64,000 nt of DNA from an uncultured Gemmatimonadales bacterium (GTDB taxonomy: Bacteria; Gemmatimonadota; Gemmatimonadetes; Gemmatimonadales; Gemmatimonadaceae): NCBI GenBank assembly GCA_963850905.1, contig CAWKMU010000003.1, forward strand, positions 2,688,001-2,752,000, given 5' to 3'. The notes under the pieces are model-generated. The model had not been told where the DNA came from. It did not search any database and was given only the letters and a program-made list of their open reading frames with translations. This document shows positions 51,454 through 61,178 of this stretch, piece by piece. A program made the translations under genes and the position numbers. Positions within the stretch are counted from its first letter, which is position 1. Every line of letters begins with the position of its first letter.

Positions 51454-52521
51454 GTGACGCAGTACCATCAACACGCCATGATTTCGCTGTCTGGTCGGTC
51501 GTCTGGCTCGCATCCCGACACGGGCTCGTACGCTGCCGGATCGATCGTCTCCGGTGAACGAGTCATTCGTGCGCTCTATGGGGTGGCGGACCTGCGACAG
51601 GCCCGAGCGCTCTCCGATGAAGATGTCAGGTGCGCGCTGGCGATTGCGGAGGCGCTCGGCGAGGTCGCGGCCGAGAAGGTGGGTGGCCCCTTCCGGAAAG
51701 GGGCGTATGCGTCGACCGATCTCCCCCTGGACCGCGCAACCGGCGTGGTACTCGCGGCCAAGAGTGGGGCGACCCCTCGGCAGGTGGATCGCGGTCTCGA
51801 GTTGCTGCTCGCCAGCCAGGTGCTCCTGCGAGTGCCCGGCCGCGCGGAGGTGCGACTGGCTCGCGAGTGTCTGGTCGACATTCGCACCTCGTTCCCCAGC
51901 GCTCCGCTCACGCAGATCCGTCAGTTGCTGCTCGCGCGTCACGCCGCGCTCATGCCCGCGCTTGGCGTCCTCCGGTATCTCCGAGAACTGGCACCCGATG
52001 CCGTTGGATGGGTGGTCTCCAGTCTCGAGCAGGCAGCTGAGCGCACCTTCTTCAGACGCAGCACGGTCGCCAGAGCACTTGTCGACCTCGAGTCGGTCGG
52101 TGCAATCGAGCGCGCGCATGGGCCTGGCCTCCGAGGACACTACCGCCTCGTCGCGGGCGATGCTGCGACGCCGACCGCCGGTCCGGAACCCGAGCCGGCG
52201 GCGTACGATGGATTGGGCGTGGTGCCCGGTGGACGGAACAGCCCGTCATCGCCCCCGGAGAACCTGGTGGGCATCCGCGCCCATGAAGAACTTCTCGCCC
52301 GTTCGAGCGTAGAGGGAGAGGGATGCAGCGACGGTCCCGCGCTCGACCCGCCAACGGTCGGACCGCTGGCCGATGCGGAGCACAGCCACGCCATCATCGA
52401 GATCTCTGGTGTCGAGTTCCCGATCCCACACGGCGCAACGCTCGCTCCTGAGATCGATCCCGACGGTCGGCTGTGGTACCGGCTAGGCTCAGCCCGCCTC
52501 GGCCCCATCATTCTTCAGTAA
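51454..52521 (+). CDS. Hypothetical protein with winged-HTH motif(s); start uncertain
   Basis: SSLEQAAERTFFRRSTVARALVDLESVGAIER, plus a second candidate LAAKSGATPRQVDRGLELL. Confidence 0.6.
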   Translation: MTQYHQHAMISLSGRSSGSHPDTGSYAAGSIVSGERVIRALYGVADLRQARALSDEDVRCALAIAEALGEVAAEKVGGPFRKGAYASTDLPLDRATGVVLAAKSGATPRQVDRGLELLLASQVLLRVPGRAEVRLARECLVDIRTSFPSAPLTQIRQLLLARHAALMPALGVLRYLRELAPDAVGWVVSSLEQAAERTFFRRSTVARALVDLESVGAIERAHGPGLRGHYRLVAGDAATPTAGPEPEPAAYDGLGVVPGGRNSPSSPPENLVGIRAHEELLARSSVEGEGCSDGPALDPPTVGPLADAEHSHAIIEISGVEFPIPHGATLAPEIDPDGRLWYRLGSARLGPIILQ

Positions 52522-52582
52522 CTCGCGCACAACCTGAGCCCTGCAGCTGCGGGTTCGGGCCCCAAGCACCGACGCTGCCAGG

Positions 52583-54235
52583 CTAAGACGTAGGCTTCGT
52601 CGCGGGGTGGGAAAGGTTCGAGGCCCCGTTCGCCGCGAGCACCGCGCGGTCGAACGCCGCGACTGCCGCATCCACGTCGGGGTCTGCCGCCGTTGCGGCG
52701 CGATAGTAGCCGGGCGCTCCCCACTTGGCCTGCGCGACCGACAAAGTGAGGAGGCGCTGCAGGACATGGTCGACCGCCGCGCCGCTGGGAATCGAGTCGC
52801 CCCGCGCCGCGGCGAAGGCCCGGAACTCTGCGATGGCGGAGTCGGGGATCGCGGGTGCCGCAACGAGGCTCTCCAGCGACACGAGCTCCGCTCCGTGCGA
52901 GTCGAGATAACCATCCACCCATTGCAGCGGAACATTGTCGACCTGCATCCGGTCGATCCACACCGGTGTCGGCGGCTCTGGGCCGAGCGGAATGTCAGGG
53001 AAGATGCCGCCGCCGCCGTACACGGTCCGTCCGGCGTCCGTGCGACAGGAGGGGAGGCCAGTCGTGTCCCGAGCCGACATCGCCCGAGTGTAGTAGTCTC
53101 GAAGATCGAGCCCACGGTAGCTGCGCTGGATCACGCGGCCGCACGGTGTGCGAACGTGGCCGACTACCAGCATGAGCACGGAACCGTCAGTCAGTCGGAT
53201 CGGCTTCATCAGCAGCGCCTTTCCGAAGCTCGGTCGCCCCACGATGATGGCGCGATCGTGATCCTGCAGCGCGCCCGCGACGAGCTCCGCAGCGCTCGCC
53301 GTGCCGCCATTGATCAGCACCACGAGCGGATACCGTTCCTCGTGGCGAAAGAAGGAGCGTTTTACACGGACCGTGTCGGTTGCGTCTTTCTTGCGACCCT
53401 CGGATGTGTAGATCAACGTCCCGGCGGGGAGGAATTCTCCGGCGACCTGTGCCGCCTGCTCGATGATCCCGCCGCTGTTGTCGCGGAGATCGAGCACCAG
53501 ACGGTGCATGCCCCGATCGTGCAGGCGACCCAGCGCGGCGTGGACATCGTCGCCAGCCTTGGGGCTGAGAAACGACTCGATGCGGAGGTAGCCCGTGCGC
53601 CGATCAAGCATTACCGCCACCGGGACCGCCGATTCGGCCCCCGGGACGGCGCGCGCCAGCCGGCGGGTTAGCGTCACGGTCGTGCCGTCCAGCCGATGGC
53701 GTTCGAACGTCAGCGCCGCTTCGGAGTGCGGCGCGCCCGCGAGCGCGATCTCGAGTTCCTCGACGCTGGTCGCCGTAATTGGCGCGCTATCGGCGGCGAT
53801 CAGGCGGTCGCCTGACAGGATGCCGGCGCGCGCCGCCGCGGATCCATCGGCTGCGCCGGTGACGACGAACACATCTCCCAATTGCGCGAACGACAAGGGC
53901 ACTGGGACGAGTTGGCCCATCCGATAGGCTTCGGCCTTCGAGGCGGAGAGCTTGACCACCGGGATCATGAAGGAATGCGGGTCCGCGGCGTGGAGCATTC
54001 CCTCGATCGCGGCCATGACGAGCACATGACTGTCGAGTGAGTCCGCGTGATTGTTGTGCAGCTCGTTCAGGACCTGGCTGAAGAGCTGCAAATCCTCGTA
54101 GGTCGTCCAGTAGTGGATTGGGTGGCGCGTGGTGTCCTGCGCAACGACCGGCGCGGCAGCGAGCGAGAAGAGACACGCGCACCAAACGGCGCGGCCGCGG
54201 TGGCGAGGCGAACCGTGCGCGTTCCGACCCGACAT
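52583..54235 (-). CDS. S41-family carboxyl-terminal processing protease
   Basis: DPHS, PDZ-like segment, LDLRDNSGG, TASAAELVAGALQDHDR and SFGK motifs; start at 54235 inferred. Confidence 0.9.
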   Translation of the reverse strand: MSGRNAHGSPRHRGRAVWCACLFSLAAAPVVAQDTTRHPIHYWTTYEDLQLFSQVLNELHNNHADSLDSHVLVMAAIEGMLHAADPHSFMIPVVKLSASKAEAYRMGQLVPVPLSFAQLGDVFVVTGAADGSAAARAGILSGDRLIAADSAPITATSVEELEIALAGAPHSEAALTFERHRLDGTTVTLTRRLARAVPGAESAVPVAVMLDRRTGYLRIESFLSPKAGDDVHAALGRLHDRGMHRLVLDLRDNSGGIIEQAAQVAGEFLPAGTLIYTSEGRKKDATDTVRVKRSFFRHEERYPLVVLINGGTASAAELVAGALQDHDRAIIVGRPSFGKALLMKPIRLTDGSVLMLVVGHVRTPCGRVIQRSYRGLDLRDYYTRAMSARDTTGLPSCRTDAGRTVYGGGGIFPDIPLGPEPPTPVWIDRMQVDNVPLQWVDGYLDSHGAELVSLESLVAAPAIPDSAIAEFRAFAAARGDSIPSGAAVDHVLQRLLTLSVAQAKWGAPGYYRAATAADPDVDAAVAAFDRAVLAANGASNLSHPATKPTS

Positions 54236-54439
54236 GATGCCCCCAATCTGCCGCCGAGCGGGGCCGCGTCCGCGTCCCGCGTGCGGGCTTGCCTCAGTAA
54301 CGATCACGCCCACCGCCCCACAAACGACCGGGGCACCTGGTAGGCGGGCCCAACGGTAATATCGTCGACGGAGCGAAGCTAGGTGTGACGCCGACGACCG
54401 TCGACCGTCGGTCCTGACACGTCGACAGCGAGACATGCA

Positions 54440-54898
54440 ATGATCGAAACCTTTCCCATCGTCCCCGGATCGGTACGGATGCTTTGGCTGATCGTGCCGG
54501 TCTGCCTCCTCGTGGCGGCCTCCGTCGCGGGTCTCATCTACTCTCTCTCGGGCGCCCGGAACGCACGCTTCGAAGTGTCGCCAGCCGGCCTCCGGCTCCG
54601 GGGCGATTTCTACGGGCGTCTCATACCGCCCAGTGACCTCCGCGTCGACGACGCGCGCGCGGTCGATCTCGACAGCGAGCCTTCGCTCGCCCCGAGGACG
54701 CGACTCGTCGGGACAGCGATCACCGGGTATCGAGCGGGGTGGTTTCGACTTCGCAATGGCGAGCGCGCCTTGCTCTACGTGACCGATACGAGGCGGGTCG
54801 CGTACCTCCCAACCGTCAATGGCTACGCCGTCCTGTTGAGCGTCCCCGATCCGAACGCGCTGCTCGCGAGTCTCAAGCGACTCAAGCCGGCGGCGTAG
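54440..54898 (+). CDS. Bacterial PH-domain membrane protein
   Basis: One TM segment then GYRAGWFRLRNGERALLYVTD. Confidence 0.8.
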   Translation: MIETFPIVPGSVRMLWLIVPVCLLVAASVAGLIYSLSGARNARFEVSPAGLRLRGDFYGRLIPPSDLRVDDARAVDLDSEPSLAPRTRLVGTAITGYRAGWFRLRNGERALLYVTDTRRVAYLPTVNGYAVLLSVPDPNALLASLKRLKPAA

Positions 54899-54910
54899 CT
54901 GGCTCGACCC

Positions 54911-55927
54911 TCACGGATACAGCCGATCTGTGCATGCGTGTACCCGGTTCGAATACATCTCTTGCACGACGAACTGGTCGGGCCCCATGCGCTCGTTGTG
55001 CCGAAGCCCAATGCAGAGATCCGCAACCTCATCGCCAGTCAGCCAGTTGTACCAGGTGCTGAGATCCGGGTCCGTGATGGTCTCGAAGAACTCGTGCGTG
55101 AGCGTCGAAGCCGTGGCGTCGATCACGCGCGTTTGACTGGGCGTGACACAGCCGGGAACGGCTTGGTAGGGTTGCACGGTGTACAGGACGTGTTGGCTCG
55201 CGCTGAAATCCACGCTGCCGTGGAACGCACAGAAGGTCCACGTCGACGCGTTGTCGGGCGAGTAGCAGTCGGATGCCGTGATGCACATGTCGGTGCCGCG
55301 CGGCAGGAAGACATGGAAGATGTTGGTATAGCCACTCGCGCCGGCGAAGTTCGACGCCGAGTAGACAATGCTGAAGATGTCGTTGAGCGTCGCCGTGCTC
55401 GAGGCAAGGGCCACGGTCCCTTGTAGCTCCGTCACGGCGAACTTTCCCGGCACATCTTCGTTGAGGTACTGGTTGGCGACTTCGAGCAGGGGACTCACGT
55501 TGAGATCGCGCAGGTACGTGGCCGGGGATATTGAGCCAGTCCCCCAGCAATCGGTCGGCGCGCCGGAGCAGTTGACGTAGAGGTTGTACGACATCGCCTC
55601 GGTCACCACGGGGCCGCCATTGAACGTGAGGTCGAACGGCGAGTCGGTTTGCGACCCGGACGCCGTTTCCGGGGTGCGCGCAGCAGTCGCGGCTTGGAGC
55701 GTCGGGAGCCTGCGAACCACCTGGTTGGTCGCCATCGCCGCGGCTTGTGCCGCCCCCGGCGCAACCGGAAATCGTACCACGAGCGGGCTGCCACCGCGAT
55801 CGCCCGCGACCATGGGCGTGTCGGCCTCGCAGGCGCCGAGAAAAAGCAGGAGCACGGCGCTGGTGGCGGGAGCCAGTAAGTGGAGGCGCCGAATGACCAG
55901 AGAGGCCGTTCGCGTGGCGACGCGCAT
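54911..55927 (-). CDS. Lipoprotein with Phi-1/EXORDIUM-like domain
   Basis: Lipobox FLGA-C; GGPV, FCAFHG and THEFFETITDP..W..GDEVADLC motifs. Confidence 0.7.
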   Translation of the reverse strand: MRVATRTASLVIRRLHLLAPATSAVLLLFLGACEADTPMVAGDRGGSPLVVRFPVAPGAAQAAAMATNQVVRRLPTLQAATAARTPETASGSQTDSPFDLTFNGGPVVTEAMSYNLYVNCSGAPTDCWGTGSISPATYLRDLNVSPLLEVANQYLNEDVPGKFAVTELQGTVALASSTATLNDIFSIVYSASNFAGASGYTNIFHVFLPRGTDMCITASDCYSPDNASTWTFCAFHGSVDFSASQHVLYTVQPYQAVPGCVTPSQTRVIDATASTLTHEFFETITDPDLSTWYNWLTGDEVADLCIGLRHNERMGPDQFVVQEMYSNRVHACTDRLYP

Positions 55928-56137
55928 GGATATCTTCCCTGCCGGACGAGGCCGGCGGTGAACTGCCCAGGGGAGGGCGCGGGAACAGATGACTCGACTG
56001 CCGACAGACGTTCAAGCGATCGAACGGCAACCGCTCTGCGCTCTGGACAACCACCGGGACGCGCCGTCTGGTGCCGGGATGTCCAGCCGTGCCAGCATGC
56101 GCGGGGACACGGCGCGCACGCTCACAACGAGTCAGTC

Positions 56138-57577
56138 GTGATCGCGACGCTCTTCACCGTCGCGCACATCTTGCTCGCGATCGGCGTCTCGGCGCACATC
56201 ATCCTGACCAAGGACGACGTCCGGTCGGCGATCGGGTGGGTGGGGCTGGTGTGGCTGGCTCCGGTGCTCGGCTCGCTGCTGTACATGCTGCTCGGCGTGA
56301 ATCGTATCTCCCGTCAGGTCGGCGCGATGCGCCGGCATGCGCCGCTCGACAACGAAGACCGGGCCCAGACTGTTCGTGCACGGACGGCGCAAGTCCCCGC
56401 AGACGTCCTCCCGGGCGACGCGCCGTGGACGCTCCAGGCAATCGCACGTCTCGTCGGCACGGTGACCCGGGAGCCACTCGTGGGTGGGTGTAGCGTCGAA
56501 CCCCTGCTCAACGGCGACGAGGCCTACCCGGCCATGATCGCAGGAATTGATGCTGCCACACAGAGCGTCGCGCTCGCGACCTACATTTTCGATCGGGGAG
56601 AGGTCGGCGCGGCATTCGTGGATGCGCTGGGCCGGGCCGTGCGACGCGGAGTCGAAGTGCGGGTGTTGATTGACGGCGTCGGCGCGTTGTACAGTCGGCC
56701 ACCGATCGTTCATGAGCTCAAGCACCACCATGTGCCGGTCGCGCGTTTCCTCCCGCCGACCTTACCGGTTCGGCACGCGTACTTCAATCTGCGCAATCAT
56801 CGGAAGCTGCTTGTGGTCGATGGGCGCCTGGGGTTCTGCGGAGGGATGAACATCCGCGACGCATGCGTGCTCGCGCGCATGCCACGTGGGGCGACACAGG
56901 ACATCCACTTCCGCGTACGCGGTCCGATCGTCGCTCAGCTGCTGGACGCCTTTCGGTTCGACTGGCAGTTCACCACGCGCGAGCGGCTGGACGGGGCGGC
57001 CTGGACTGCGGCGTCCGACCGAGTCGGGTCGGTCGCGGCTCGCGGCATACCCGACGGCCCCGATGAGGACTTCGAGACGCTGGTCATGGCCATTCTTGGT
57101 GCGCTCGCGTCCGCGCGCGAATCGGTGCGTATCGTGACGCCCTACTTCCTGCCGGACCCGCCCGTCATTGCAGCGCTCCGGGTCGCCGCGTTGCGCGGTG
57201 TAGACGTCACGATTCTCATTCCCGAGAAGGGCAATCTCAGACTCGTCGAGTGGGCGGCGAACGCGCAGCTCGCGCAGGTCCTCTCGTGGGGCTGCCGCGT
57301 CCACCTGTCGCAGCCTCCGTTCGACCACTCGAAGATGCTCGTGATGGACGGCACCTGGTGCTTGATCGGGTCGGCGAACTGGGATCCGCGCAGCCTGCGC
57401 TTGAACTTCGAATACGATGTCGAGTGCTACTCAGCGGACCTCGGCGCGCGGCTGAACGCGATCATCGACGACAAGCTGGCGCGGAGCCGGCCGCTGACGC
57501 TGGGAGAGCTCGAGTGCCGTCCCCTGTTCCGTCGCCTGCGGGACGGCGTCGCCTGGCTGGCCCAGCCCTACCTCTAA
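56138..57577 (+). CDS. cls: Cardiolipin synthase (phospholipase D family)
   Basis: N-terminal TM pair and two HKD motifs (RNHRKLLVVDG, HSKMLVMDG). Confidence 0.9.
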   Translation: MIATLFTVAHILLAIGVSAHIILTKDDVRSAIGWVGLVWLAPVLGSLLYMLLGVNRISRQVGAMRRHAPLDNEDRAQTVRARTAQVPADVLPGDAPWTLQAIARLVGTVTREPLVGGCSVEPLLNGDEAYPAMIAGIDAATQSVALATYIFDRGEVGAAFVDALGRAVRRGVEVRVLIDGVGALYSRPPIVHELKHHHVPVARFLPPTLPVRHAYFNLRNHRKLLVVDGRLGFCGGMNIRDACVLARMPRGATQDIHFRVRGPIVAQLLDAFRFDWQFTTRERLDGAAWTAASDRVGSVAARGIPDGPDEDFETLVMAILGALASARESVRIVTPYFLPDPPVIAALRVAALRGVDVTILIPEKGNLRLVEWAANAQLAQVLSWGCRVHLSQPPFDHSKMLVMDGTWCLIGSANWDPRSLRLNFEYDVECYSADLGARLNAIIDDKLARSRPLTLGELECRPLFRRLRDGVAWLAQPYL

Positions 57578-57612
57578 CATCCAGCGTCTGGCGTCCAGCG
57601 TCTAGCGTCTAG
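57578..57612. repeat. 7-bp tandem repeat (CGTCTAG-like) x5
   Basis: catccag-cgtctgg-cgtccag-cgtctag-cgtctag starting immediately after the cls stop. Confidence 0.85.
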
Positions 57613-57654
57613 CCTTACCTGTGGCTTGCCTCTGCACAGCGTCGTCCAGTCGAT

Positions 57655-58806
57655 GTGGACCAGTCTCCCGAAGCCGTATCGCCTCGGCCTGACCGGGGAG
57701 TGTCGGATGGCTACCTGCCGACGCTCGACGGGTGGCGCGCGATTGCGATCGGCCTCGTGCTCTTCGACCACACGGTCAACTCGACGGCGTGCGCCGAAGG
57801 AAGTGTCCAGTGGTGCGGCCGGATCATGGTTGGGCAGACCGGCGTCAATCTGTTTTTCGGGATCAGCGGCTTCCTGATCTGTTCGCGGCTGCTGCAAGAG
57901 TTTCAACGAACCCAGCGCATCTCGCTCGCCAAATTCTATATTCGGCGCGCCTTCCGGATCTTGCCCGCGGCGCTCTTGTACCTCGCGGTCATGACGACGC
58001 TGGCGCTCGCGCGACAGATCCTTGTCTCGAAGGCTGAGCTCGCGGGAAGCCTCTTCTTCTTTCGCAACTACCTGGGTCAGGAGTCCGGCTTCTACACGGC
58101 GCATTTCTGGTCGCTGTCGCTCGAGGAGCAATTTTACATCTTCTGGCCGACGCTCCTCATTGGTTTGCTGGCCCTGCCGCGGCGGTGGGGTGCGCCATGC
58201 GCAGTGGGCCTCGCGCTGGCCGTCGCAGGATGGCGTCACGCGTCGGTTGGCGTCGCGCTCGCGACCTACGGGCATCTCCCGCCGGGCTTTGTCTTTCGCA
58301 CGGGCGTACGAGCCGATGGATTGTTGCTGGGAGCTGCCCTCGCGCTCGCGCTGCGAAGTCGGGCCGTGCCCATCGAGCGGATCCGAGGATGGATGTGGGC
58401 GGCCCTGGTTGCCCTTTACATCGCTGTCGTCACCCACTTCGGTATGCGGCCCACGATCTGGGAATCGGCCCTCGTGCCCGTTCTCATCGCATGGACGGCG
58501 TACCATCCAGCTGCCGTTCCCAGTCGCATCCTCGAGTGGCCCGTGCTGTCCTGGATCGGTCGCATCTCGTATGGTCTCTATATCTGGCAACAATTCTTCT
58601 TTCCGTGGGCCCACATAGCGGCGCCCCTGCCAGCGGTGCAGCGATCGCCACTCGGAATCCCCGCGGCATTGGCGTGCGCCGCAGCGAGCTACTATCTGCT
58701 CGAGCGTCCGGCCCTTCGCCTGGGCCATCGATTGGCCCGACCGGTCGTCGAGGGGCGGCCCGATCTCGCGAGTCGCCAGGAGACTGCGATCGTCGCTGCC
58801 GCCTAA
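57655..58806 (+). CDS. Acyltransferase family 3 (OafA-like)
   Basis: LDGWRAIAI, GVNLFFGISGF, HFWSLSLEEQFY and GRISYGLY motifs. Confidence 0.92.
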   Translation: MDQSPEAVSPRPDRGVSDGYLPTLDGWRAIAIGLVLFDHTVNSTACAEGSVQWCGRIMVGQTGVNLFFGISGFLICSRLLQEFQRTQRISLAKFYIRRAFRILPAALLYLAVMTTLALARQILVSKAELAGSLFFFRNYLGQESGFYTAHFWSLSLEEQFYIFWPTLLIGLLALPRRWGAPCAVGLALAVAGWRHASVGVALATYGHLPPGFVFRTGVRADGLLLGAALALALRSRAVPIERIRGWMWAALVALYIAVVTHFGMRPTIWESALVPVLIAWTAYHPAAVPSRILEWPVLSWIGRISYGLYIWQQFFFPWAHIAAPLPAVQRSPLGIPAALACAAASYYLLERPALRLGHRLARPVVEGRPDLASRQETAIVAAA

Positions 58807-58848
58807 CCGGGGGCCGGCACCAGACGAATGGCCGGATCCCTCGCGCCG

Positions 58849-59424
58849 CTAGCCGTTGCCGAGATACACCACGTGTACGTAGGTCCCGAGCCGCGGATTG
58901 TACGCCAGGTAGTACCCGGGATGATCCGGGTCTTCGTAGATCACGACGGAGTCGGCGTCCCATAACCAGTCGTTGCAGTAGACCACGTCGGCTGCCGCAA
59001 CGCTGAAATAGAACCCTCCGAACCAGAACCGATCCGGGCCACCACCGGCCAACCGGTACACGTGGCCTCGACCGAACCCGCCGGGGAAGTGCCCATGTTC
59101 CCACGGGTGGTCGAGATGAAACCGTACGTCGTGCGGCCCCGTGTCGTGACCGACCCACTCGCCCGTGCGGGCGTCGACATGCGGGGCGTTGGGATGCCCC
59201 GGGTGATCGGCGAAGTTCTCGGGCTGGCTGGCGGCGTGTGCATACGCGTCGCCCTTCGCCGTCGGGCCGTGTCGCGGGACGTACCCGCCGCCAACCTCGT
59301 GGCCGCCCTTCTCATGCCCGCCGGCTCCGTGGTCCTGCGCAGCAGCCGGGACTGACAGCAGCACGCAGGCCGCAAGTCCCCCAATCGTCAGTGTGATCGC
59401 TCGGTGTAACGAATTGGTTACCAT
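58849..59424 (-). CDS. Secreted His/Gly-rich hypothetical protein
   Basis: Signal peptide ending AAA-Q; motifs [11 protein letters not shown] and [14 protein letters not shown]. Confidence 0.75.
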   Translation of the reverse strand: MVTNSLHRAITLTIGGLAACVLLSVPAAAQDHGAGGHEKGGHEVGGGYVPRHGPTAKGDAYAHAASQPENFADHPGHPNAPHVDARTGEWVGHDTGPHDVRFHLDHPWEHGHFPGGFGRGHVYRLAGGGPDRFWFGGFYFSVAAADVVYCNDWLWDADSVVIYEDPDHPGYYLAYNPRLGTYVHVVYLGNG

Positions 59425-59496
59425 AAATGAGACCTCAAGTGCGCTGGGATCTTGTCTCCGCATCGCGCGTTGGTGTGTATGCGTGATGACACCTAA

Positions 59497-59512
59497 TGCA
59501 CCCGCCGTGCCA
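59497..59512 (-). promoter_or_regulatory. Putative sigma54 (-24/-12) promoter
   Basis: Minus strand TGGCAC-GGCGG-GTGCA with correct GG/GC spacing, ~70 bp upstream of 59424. Confidence 0.6.
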
Positions 59513-59549
59513 GTAAGGCAAGCGGGAGGGGATCACCTGGCATCCCCCA

Positions 59550-59565
59550 AGTGATCTACGTCACA
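59550..59565. promoter_or_regulatory. CRP/FNR-type palindromic operator
   Basis: AGTGA-TCTACG-TCACA versus consensus TGTGA-N6-TCACA. Confidence 0.55.
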
Positions 59566-59936
59566 CGTGACATGATCCGTTGGGTTGCGTATCACCAGCG
59601 TGCAACGGCCAATCGTCACCCGCTTGGTCCTCCATAGTCGCCACCTATCGTAGCAATCGAAACAAAATACTGGAGCCATCGGTGGCGTCGCGGCATCCTG
59701 CTCTCGGGCGACGTGTGGTAACCCTGTCCAGCGCCGCGCGTTCGGTGCGCCACACGAAACCCTGAGCCTTGTGCGGAGGATCGTGGATGTCAGTGTCCGT
59801 GCGCCGCGATGACTGTGGGTCCTGGCAGCCTCCGGCGCGTTGGCCCAGAGACGGACTCGCTCCCGTGCTTCACCGCACCAAAGCGTCCGCTGTCACCACG
59901 ATCGGGGGCCGGGTCCCTGCGGCACGGTACGTGTCA

Positions 59937-61178
59937 ATGCACCCATTGGTCGCCTCGCCCAACTTCCGGCGGCTGTTTGTCGGCGACGTGCTGGTCAAGG
60001 TGGCGGAGCGATACTTCGCACTTACCGTCGCGTGGTGGCTGCTCGCTGGACCGCACGCGAGCGGCGGGCGCCTCGGCTTTCTGCTGATGCTGGAATCGCT
60101 GCCGATTCTGCTCGTCGGGGCGTTGAGCGGGCCGCTGATCGAGCGGTCGAGCAAGAAGCGCTGCATGGTGGCGAGTGCGTCGATTCAGTGTGCCATCGTG
60201 GCGATCGTCGCCGGATTACTCGCGGTCGATGCGCTGTCATTCCCTCGTCTGGTCGCGGCGGCGATTGCCCTGGGGTCGCTCATCCCGGTGTTCGAGGGGG
60301 CCGCCGCAGCCGCCCTCCCTCTGGCGGTCACCGCACGCCAACTCCCGGGGGCGGCGGCGCTGCAGTCGATGACAGTCGAGTTCTCCAACGTCATAGCGGC
60401 TGCGCTCGCCGCCATCGTCCTCGCAACGGGCGGCTTTGTCACTGCACTGGCTGTCAATGCGGCGCTGTATGGTGTGGCAGCACTATTTCTGCTGCGGCTT
60501 CGGGCTCCGGCATTCTCGCCGTCGCCGATCGTGCGCTCCTACGTGGCCGATCTCCGGGCCGGCCTTGCCCACATCCTGAACCGGAGACCCCTCGCCGCGT
60601 TCGTCGGAATCTATATCGCGGAGCTGTTTCTCTTCGTGCCCCTGTTGGTGCTGATCCCGATGCTGGTGCAGGCTACGCGGGGCGGGGGGGTCGGCTGGGT
60701 GGCAATTCTCGAGACCTCCTTCTCCCTCGGCGCTATCGCGACCGCGCTGGCACTCAGCACCGGGGATGCGACACAGCGGTTGTATCGCCGGTCGATGCTG
60801 GCGCTCGTGCTGCTCGCCGCCTCCATGCTCGCGTTGACACGTCTTCCGACGCTCATGGCGATGATCCCGGCCGTTGCGATCATGGGCGCGTGTGTCGCCG
60901 TGCTCATGGGGCTGGCCAACGTGCTCTTTCAGCAGGTTGTACCCGATCACCTGAAGGGGCGGTTCTTCGGAATCGTCGAGACTCTGGGTGCGGCCGCGAC
61001 GCCACTCGGCTACGCGTTGGTCGGACTCGCCTTCGGATGGAACGGAGTCGCTGGTGTGGTGGTCGTGACCGCCACCGGCCTTCTGGTCCTGGCGGCGTGC
61101 GTCTTTCGCGCCCCGCGCGTCGTCATGGCGCGCGTCCGGTATGGCGTGGCAGCGGACGGACTCCGGAGCGAGTCATGA
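59937..61178 (+). CDS. MFS transporter (DHA3-like exporter)
   Basis: NFRRLF start, GPLIERSSKK motif-A-like loop, VPDHLKGRFFG; about 12 TMs. Confidence 0.88.
   Translation: MHPLVASPNFRRLFVGDVLVKVAERYFALTVAWWLLAGPHASGGRLGFLLMLESLPILLVGALSGPLIERSSKKRCMVASASIQCAIVAIVAGLLAVDALSFPRLVAAAIALGSLIPVFEGAAAAALPLAVTARQLPGAAALQSMTVEFSNVIAAALAAIVLATGGFVTALAVNAALYGVAALFLLRLRAPAFSPSPIVRSYVADLRAGLAHILNRRPLAAFVGIYIAELFLFVPLLVLIPMLVQATRGGGVGWVAILETSFSLGAIATALALSTGDATQRLYRRSMLALVLLAASMLALTRLPTLMAMIPAVAIMGACVAVLMGLANVLFQQVVPDHLKGRFFGIVETLGAAATPLGYALVGLAFGWNGVAGVVVVTATGLLVLAACVFRAPRVVMARVRYGVAADGLRSES

Noticed and set aside
43310..58830. Integron attC sites suggested by scattered CCTAAC motifs
   Set aside because: No matching GTTRRRY ends with paired L boxes were found and there is no intI.
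59840..61174. 787-aa fusion ORF extending the ATP-grasp gene upstream
   Set aside because: The extension overlaps the MFS gene in another frame and is Arg/Gly-rich; ATG 61175 with an ATGA overlap is the better start.
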